The notes under the pieces are model-generated. The model was not told where the DNA came from, did not search any database, and was given only the letters and a program-made list of their open reading frames with translations. DNA of 63,754 nt, counting the filler, from Pelomyxa schiedti (Eukaryota > Protista > Evosea): NCBI GenBank assembly GCA_020536535.1. It is 6 parts of 6 records of this genome, joined end to end, with 100 filler letters (N's around TTAATTAATTAA, not from the genome) between each part and the next. Parts side by side here need not be neighbours in the genome. Positions count along the whole stretch, not along the records: positions 56,846 to 60,820 come from JAHLWZ010001658.1; positions 60,921 to 62,520 come from JAHLWZ010002395.1; positions 62,621 to 63,754 come from JAHLWZ010002786.1; 3 more parts are not named here. One strand, given 5' to 3'. The position numbers and the translations under genes were made by a program. Positions 57,931 to 63,754 of the stretch are shown piece by piece. How positions within the stretch are numbered: the first letter of the stretch is position 1; each line of letters starts with the position of its first letter.

Positions 57931-58790
57931 GTGAGACTGGGAAAACGACGCTCTAATTGGGGAGCAGTTCAGATTCTCAGTGTTTCCGATTATGTTTGAC
58001 TTCAAAATACCCGCGACAACTGAAAGTGCGGTTAGTAAAAGAACTCGAGAGGAAAGGAGTAAATACCTTCAAAGTGGAACAGTATAGTAATTCCAAGTGA
58101 TGATGAGACTGGGAAACGACGCTCTAATTGGGAGAGCAAAGTTCAGATTCTCAGTGGTTCCAATTGTATTCTTCAATAGAAGTCAAACCTGCAAGTGCGG
58201 TTAGTAAAACAGAGCCACAAAGATAGGAATATAAATACCTTCAAAGTGGAATAGTAATTACAAGTGATAATTGGAACAAAGAAGAAAACTACGCTCCCAG
58301 TTGGGGAGCAGTTAAGATTCTCAGTGTTTCCAATTATAGTTGACTTCAATAGAATTCGAGTATGCAACAACTGCAACTGGCGGTTAGTAAAAGAACTCGA
58401 GAGGAAAGGAGTAAATACCTTCAAAGTGGAACAGTTTTGTAATTCCAAGTGACGATGAGACTGGGAACACCAAGAAAACGACGCTCTAATTGGTGAGAGC
58501 AGTTCAGATTCTGAGTGGTTCCAATTACAATTGTATTCTTCAATTGACTTCTGCAAGTGCGGTTAGTAAAACAGAGGAAGGTATAAATACCTTCATGTTT
58601 CTTCACATGGCAAAGTGAGACTGAGAAAACGACGCTCCAGTTGACTGGGGAGCAGTACAGATTCTCACTGTTTCATCATAATTGACTTCAATTGCAGAAT
58701 TCGAGTATTGCAACAACTGCAGGTGCGGTTAGTAAACAGAACCACAAGCATACGGGAGGGATAGGAATAAATAAATACCTTCATGTTTTT
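57931..58790 (-). repeat. Five-unit ~170-bp tandem array; each unit is a GT-AG intron with TACTAAC branch point plus a 122-132-nt exon
   Basis: Introns (plus-strand coordinates) 58717-58778, 58551-58590, 58371-58418, 58189-58238, 58020-58066, all AAG|GTATTT...TACTAACCGC...YAG on the minus strand. Confidence 0.85.
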
Positions 58791-60311
58791 CTTCACATCT
58801 TTTCTCATGAAGAACAATCCAACCAAGAATGACGCCCCACAAGTGCAACTGCATGGTAGTCCGTCTTGCCGGTACGTGTGCGACAGACATTGTGTTCTTT
58901 TTATAAAAAATAAAGAAAAAGCGGGAATAAGTCATGGAAATGAATTTTTGGGAATTACGTCTTGGGAAGGCCCAGGCCCAGCACGAATCCAGCAAAAATC
59001 GTGATTGGAGAGGATGAGAGCCTGATTATGGGACGAAGCTACAACCACACTTTTTTGACGATCGTTGTGGCCTCATTTTTGGTGACTACAGAACTCGACG
59101 GACGAAGAAATGACCACGATTTGATTGTTGTCTGAGGGGTTTTTTTTCCTCAAGCACACTGTGGCCCCTTGTCAACGTTCGGCGCTCCTTTTCCCCAATG
59201 ATGCCATTAACCTTTTTGATTATGCAAAAGAACAAAACTGTGACGAGGTGATCTAAACCCTGTTCTCTTTCTAAGCGGCTATGGCTTTTCGCTCTGGATC
59301 GCTACAAAACCCATAACACTTGACTACTATTTTTTGCCCTGCACTTCGGAGGAAACCCTCTCACTCTCCTCTGATGTTGTGGTGAGGGGCTTCGCGTCCC
59401 TGTAGTTTGTATCTTTAGACTAGGATGAGGCCACGGCTCATACTCGCAGTACTACTCGCTGAATCAGCGCCACGTAGGGAAGGGCATCGCTTGCAAAGTT
59501 CCTCTGCCGCCTTCCTCCTGCTTCGATTACCACTGTGACCGCTAAATCCCCATTTGTGCCTCTGGACGGACGTGAACGGGAGCTATCTCACAGAAGGAGC
59601 CCAGGCGGAATGTGTTTCCCCTGCCTAGCAGTGCGGCTGCATGCGGTGCTGCCGAGGCTACAGACACTGACCTGGACCCGGTGGTTGCTTCCGGTATCGA
59701 CAACTTCAGGTGGAACATGGAGGCTTCGTGGAATGGGGATAGGGATTCATGGGGATGCGTATGAGAGCCAGAATTCCGATGGCAAGAACTATCGCACTGA
59801 CTATGGATGTATCTCGCAGAAAAGCTTCAAATTTGCACCGCTTGTTTGGTTCTGGCCTGTAGAAAAGCAGAGGGAGAGTCTACACAGGGCCTGTAGTTCT
59901 TTGCCTACTAGCCTTCAAAGAATCAAAGCAGTTGCCCCACCTCATTCTGATGCACCCTGTGGCGATTTTGATGTAGTTCTTGCCGCCGAAGTTGGCTGCA
60001 GCTGGCCCTTCAAGATAAACTTGTGGAAACAGTCCTCCGCCTTGGTTCAGTCTCTGGCAGAAATCATTCTGCAACTAGAGGCCGGCTTTGCAGTACTGGA
60101 TACATTTTTAGTTGATGGAAATGGGACTGTGAGTATGCAACAGTATGGGTACCCTGATTGAGATCACTGTTGCTGAGAAGAAGAGGGCGTAAGGTAACAC
60201 TGATTTATTGTGACAAGTCGACTCAGAACTGTTTTGTTTGTGCACTCAATCTCAAACCCCAACACGCCGAAAAGGCTTTGTTTTGATGAAAAAGCTTGAA
60301 AAATATTGAAG

Positions 60312-60820
60312 ATGACAGACGAGGGACCGGAGAAGACGACAACGGCATCCAGCACCAACGCGAACGTCGAAAGTAATGGAACAGGTGGAGGGGGATCGGT
60401 AGATCCTGTCGCTACGTCGGCGTCGGCGTCGCCGTCTTCTTCGGCGACAGGCGCGTCGGCTGCGGCAATTGTGAGTCCGAAGTTGTTCTTTGAGGGGACA
60501 GTTACTGATTCCATAAGAGAAGCCCGAGCTCGTGATTTCATGATTGTAGTTTTTGTTACTGGTGCGTCTTTTTTTTAGACACAAAAAAAAAAGAAAAACA
60601 TCAGTTGCCCACAATAACACTGTGCAACCAACCAATGTTTTTTACTCACACTCTTTAGACCCGAGCTATCCTGATTGCCTCAAAATGGAAACAGAGACTT
60701 TCAGTGCAGCTCATGTAGCCCCCTTTTCGAAATAGTTTTAGAAGGCTCAAGCCCAACAAGGTGTGCGATACACTGAAGGAAACCGCCATTGCTCTAAAAC
60801 TACTGTGGAACTCTGAAGAT
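60312..60820 (+). CDS. UBXN4/PUX-like protein, N-terminal thioredoxin-like region (truncated)
   Basis: LFFEGTVTDSIREARARDFMIVVFVTG, later exon KVCDTLKETAIALKLLWNSED. Confidence 0.55.
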
Positions 60821-60864
60821 NNNNNNNNNNNNNNNNNNNNNNNNNNNNNNNNNNNNNNNNNNNN

Positions 60865-60876
60865 TTAATTAATTAA
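60865..60876. other. Artificial six-frame-stop scaffold linker
   Basis: TTAATTAATTAA within N run 60821-60920. Confidence 0.97.
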
Positions 60877-62564
60877 NNNNNNNNNNNNNNNNNNNNNNNN
60901 NNNNNNNNNNNNNNNNNNNNTTTTGCCTTTCTTGAGAGAACTGTGACTTAATCGGCGAAGGAGGCCTGGTTTATGTTTGGGAGTTGGAGATGTTGAAGCT
61001 TCGTCCAGAGGTGGAGTAGTTGGTGGTGCTGGTCTCTGTATCGGGCGCGTAGAGAACACCGAGAACCCGTGCCACCTCTTCTGCGTCGTCCATTGCAGTC
61101 GATTCGTCGTGAGGGATAATCCGAGATGGAGCTGGTGAACGTACTACAGTGACGCCCCAATATGAGTGGTGTGGTGCGGCACTGCGTTCGTTGGCCCAAC
61201 TCGACATCGTAGCTGTTCTCTGAGCAGAGATTTTCTTCTCTACTCTGAGAAGCCAAATAAGTTTCGATTCCCCATTCAATCACAGACCGTTTAGTCACAA
61301 CGACGTCGGGAGGGAGTAACAGCGGTTCGCAGAGGAAAGGGCGGTAAATGGACGGTAGTATCTCCGTGGGCAAGGCCAAGACAGCAGGGGGAGTGTACAT
61401 TGAGACTTATGGGTTCGTGGCGTGGATAACAACGTCGGTTGCACTCGGTGCGTTTGTTTTGGCCTTGTGAATCCAAATGAATATCAATACAAACACTGGG
61501 CGGGTTGGGCTCGTCGTTTTAGTGTGTTGTTGTGGAATTAACTTACGCCTGAACCCATCATTTAGTTTGTTACCTCGTGCTTGCTTACGTGCCTGATGCG
61601 GCGTGGAGAGCCCTGCATTTGGAGTCAATTGCAAAGCAACTGCTTCCGGATAAGTAAGCACACTGTTTGTTTCTTGTTTTTATTTTACTGAAGCACTATC
61701 AACAGGTACTGGGCCTTAGCTGTGCCTAGCTGGCTCTGTGTTTCCTTTTTCTTCATTCTTATATATTACCACGGCATTGTTCTCAGCCACGTGGAACCCA
61801 TGCACTCGTGGAGAACATACACAGGTTTCTTCTTCCCACATCCTCACATCCCCCTGATACAACTCCCACACAAAGATGAGCACCGCAATGAGTCACACTC
61901 GCCAAATTCCGCAAGCACCCACGCCGTAGTTGATTCCTCCAACGTCGATGATCCCGTTCCTGCTTTGGAGGATGTTCTCCTCACAGAGGCTTGCAGGATT
62001 CTGTATCACAACAAGAACTGACCGGTGGGAAAGATTTGCAGTTTTCAGGCCTCTTCTCTTAACTGTCTGTTGTATTGTAGGAACTTGATACACTATCGAG
62101 AACCACCACTAAAAGAAACGTAACTTCCTTCTTTTTTTCTCAAGGTCAACAAGGCAAAAGCAAGAGAAGTGCTCCAAACAACAAATTGTTTGGTCCACAG
62201 GTTGTATGGGGTCTGTTTTTAGACCACTTTAGTCATCACTGAGTGTTTTTCTGATGACTACTGTACTTATGTACCGTTCCAATGGAACTTCCAAAAATTG
62301 TTTTCATTAGGAGCATAAGTTAGAGAAACAGTTTTGTACAGACACTAAATAAACATACGTGGATGAAGACGAAGGTGTATGAAGGTGCGGCTGCGTGATT
62401 GTGTGACTGGTGGGGTGTGTTCATAGTAGTGAGCCACTTGATGAGGCTGGGAGTGGAGGCGGTGGAATGTCGGCGGAGCAAATTTCGATGAATTCGGCAT
62501 CTGTGATGTCTGGTGGCGGGNNNNNNNNNNNNNNNNNNNNNNNNNNNNNNNNNNNNNNNNNNNN

Positions 62565-62576
62565 TTAATTAATTAA
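62565..62576. other. Artificial six-frame-stop scaffold linker
   Basis: TTAATTAATTAA within N run 62521-62620. Confidence 0.97.
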
Positions 62577-62620
62577 NNNNNNNNNNNNNNNNNNNNNNNN
62601 NNNNNNNNNNNNNNNNNNNN

Positions 62621-63075
62621 GGCTTGGTGATTGGGGAGGAAAATTGCCCACTGGTGAAAAGAAGAACAACAAGCTTCGACGTCTCTGACATTGCACCAAG
62701 AGCAACAAATAAAGCGGACCTGAGTGCACTGGCTAGGTTTCCGCTCCCACCATTGAATTGCATTCCAGGGTGCTTCTGGACAGCCTTGCTGGGGTCGTCT
62801 GGGAACCTAATGTGTTGCACCATCTCGTCAGTCCCTTTGACGGCGTTCATCAGCATGGTTTCATCATTGGTGAACGAGCACACAGTCGTGGCTGTCGTAG
62901 AGAAGTCGATAATGCTCCGCATCATGCCCGTTGTCTTGCCAATGATGAGACTCAAAATATCTTTCACGATGACAAAGTAGTTATCTCTGCCGACGTTGTT
63001 GCTGTTCTCAACAAGGATGAGGAGAAGAGTTTCCGGCGACAGTTGAGCTTGAATTTCGTTCACAACATGGTCCAT
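62621..63075 (-). CDS. vWA-domain-like protein, left copy (truncated)
   Basis: LLLILVENSNNV, RSIIDFSTTATTVCSFT, NGGSGNLASALRSAL, KLVVLLFTSG follow vWA beta/alpha order. Confidence 0.65.
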
Positions 63076-63302
63076 CTGTGTCTTTTTTTTTGGTTGGACT
63101 GATGGATTTCTGGGAACACCCAGTTCTCTGAGTTCTAACAGATCAACACTCAGGCAGGCAATCCACCTCGTCGCACCCCACACGCCACAGAGACAAATCC
63201 ACCTGTAACACCAGGCAGAAATCAAAGAAAAACAAAATAACAATCAATCGCGGCTAGACTTAGTCTTAAGCACTGTGGCGACGCAAAGTCACCTCGCCAC
63301 AC

Positions 63303-63754
63303 ATGAACAGTGTTGTGAACGAAATTCAGGCTCAACTGTCGCCGGAAACTCTTCTCCTCATCCTTGTTGAGAACAGCCGCAATGTTCACAGAGACGACTT
63401 TGTCATCATGAAAGATCTTTTGCGTCTCATCATTGGCAAGACAACGGGCATGATGCGAAGCATTATCGACTTCTCTACGACAGCCAGGACTGTGTGCCCA
63501 TTCACCATTGATGATGCAATACTGATGAACGCCGTCAAAGGGACTGACGAGATGGTGCACGGCAGTAGGTCCCCGGACGATCCCCGCTTTGCTACCAAGA
63601 AGCACCCTGGAATGCAATTCAATGGTGGGATAACAAACCTGGCCAGTGCACTCAGGCTTGCTTTATTCGTTGCTCTTGGTGCAATGTCAGAGACGTCGAA
63701 GCTTGTTGTTCTTCTTTTCACCAGTGGGAACTTTTCATCCCCAATCACCAAGCT
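63303..63754 (+). CDS. vWA-domain-like protein, right copy (runs off window; absent from ORF track)
   Basis: MNSVVNEIQAQLSPETLLLILVENSRNVHRDDFVIMKDLL...FTSGNFSSPITK, paralogous to 62621-63075. Confidence 0.7.
   Translation, partial: MNSVVNEIQAQLSPETLLLILVENSRNVHRDDFVIMKDLLRLIIGKTTGMMRSIIDFSTTARTVCPFTIDDAILMNAVKGTDEMVHGSRSPDDPRFATKKHPGMQFNGGITNLASALRLALFVALGAMSETSKLVVLLFTSGNFSSPITK

Noticed and set aside
58264-58452. Plus-strand ORF with GKTTL-like P-loop resemblance
   Set aside because: Homologous units carry stops and frameshifts; it is the antisense of the splice-signal array
57931-58790. CRISPR array or hammerhead/HDV ribozyme interpretation of the repeat
   Set aside because: Eukaryotic context, no cas genes, no unique spacers of uniform length; GAAA is present but the CUGANGA core and HDV motifs are not; conserved blocks are better explained as splice signals
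59535-60161. 208-aa plus-strand ORF
   Set aside because: GTG start, no recognisable motif or clear splice context; cannot be supported
60921-62520. Possible F-box-like or other minus-strand gene
   Set aside because: Three competing frames and no convincing domain; gene model cannot be resolved by eye

Overview
This is eukaryotic (protist) draft-genome DNA, not a prokaryotic window. It is gene-dense, with many short (~40-60 nt) GT-AG introns, GC/CpG-rich 5' exons and expanded lineage-specific gene families. The style fits an amoebozoan, possibly an archamoeba such as Pelomyxa, but that is inference and cannot be verified here. Five artificial N44-TTAATTAATTAA-N44 linkers show six unrelated scaffolds were concatenated (1-29568, 29669-53040, 53141-56745, 56846-60820, 60921-62520, 62621-end), and six plain 100-N gaps are often flanked by duplicated sequence. 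Recognisable genes: syntaxin, DH-PH-PB1 RhoGEF, Elongin-B-like Ubl, xanthine dehydrogenase, a duplicated Glu/Leu/Ile tRNA cluster, PP6, Vps41-like, ependymin-like, GH7 cellobiohydrolase, FBXO11-like, PA2G4-like, two methyltransferases, Rad6/UBC2, an Ig-like-domain TKL kinase, UBXN4-like, a non-LTR retroelement remnant, two tandem arrays sharing an RDQ...PxCG motif, and a head-to-head vWA pair. Two candidates stand out. (1) A histone stem-loop-binding (SLBP) domain protein that also carries adjacent PAM2 and eIF4E-binding motifs. (2) A five-unit ~170-bp tandem array at 57.9-58.8 kb whose conserved blocks are spliceosomal intron signals (GTATTT...TACTAAC...YAG) around apparently non-coding exons.
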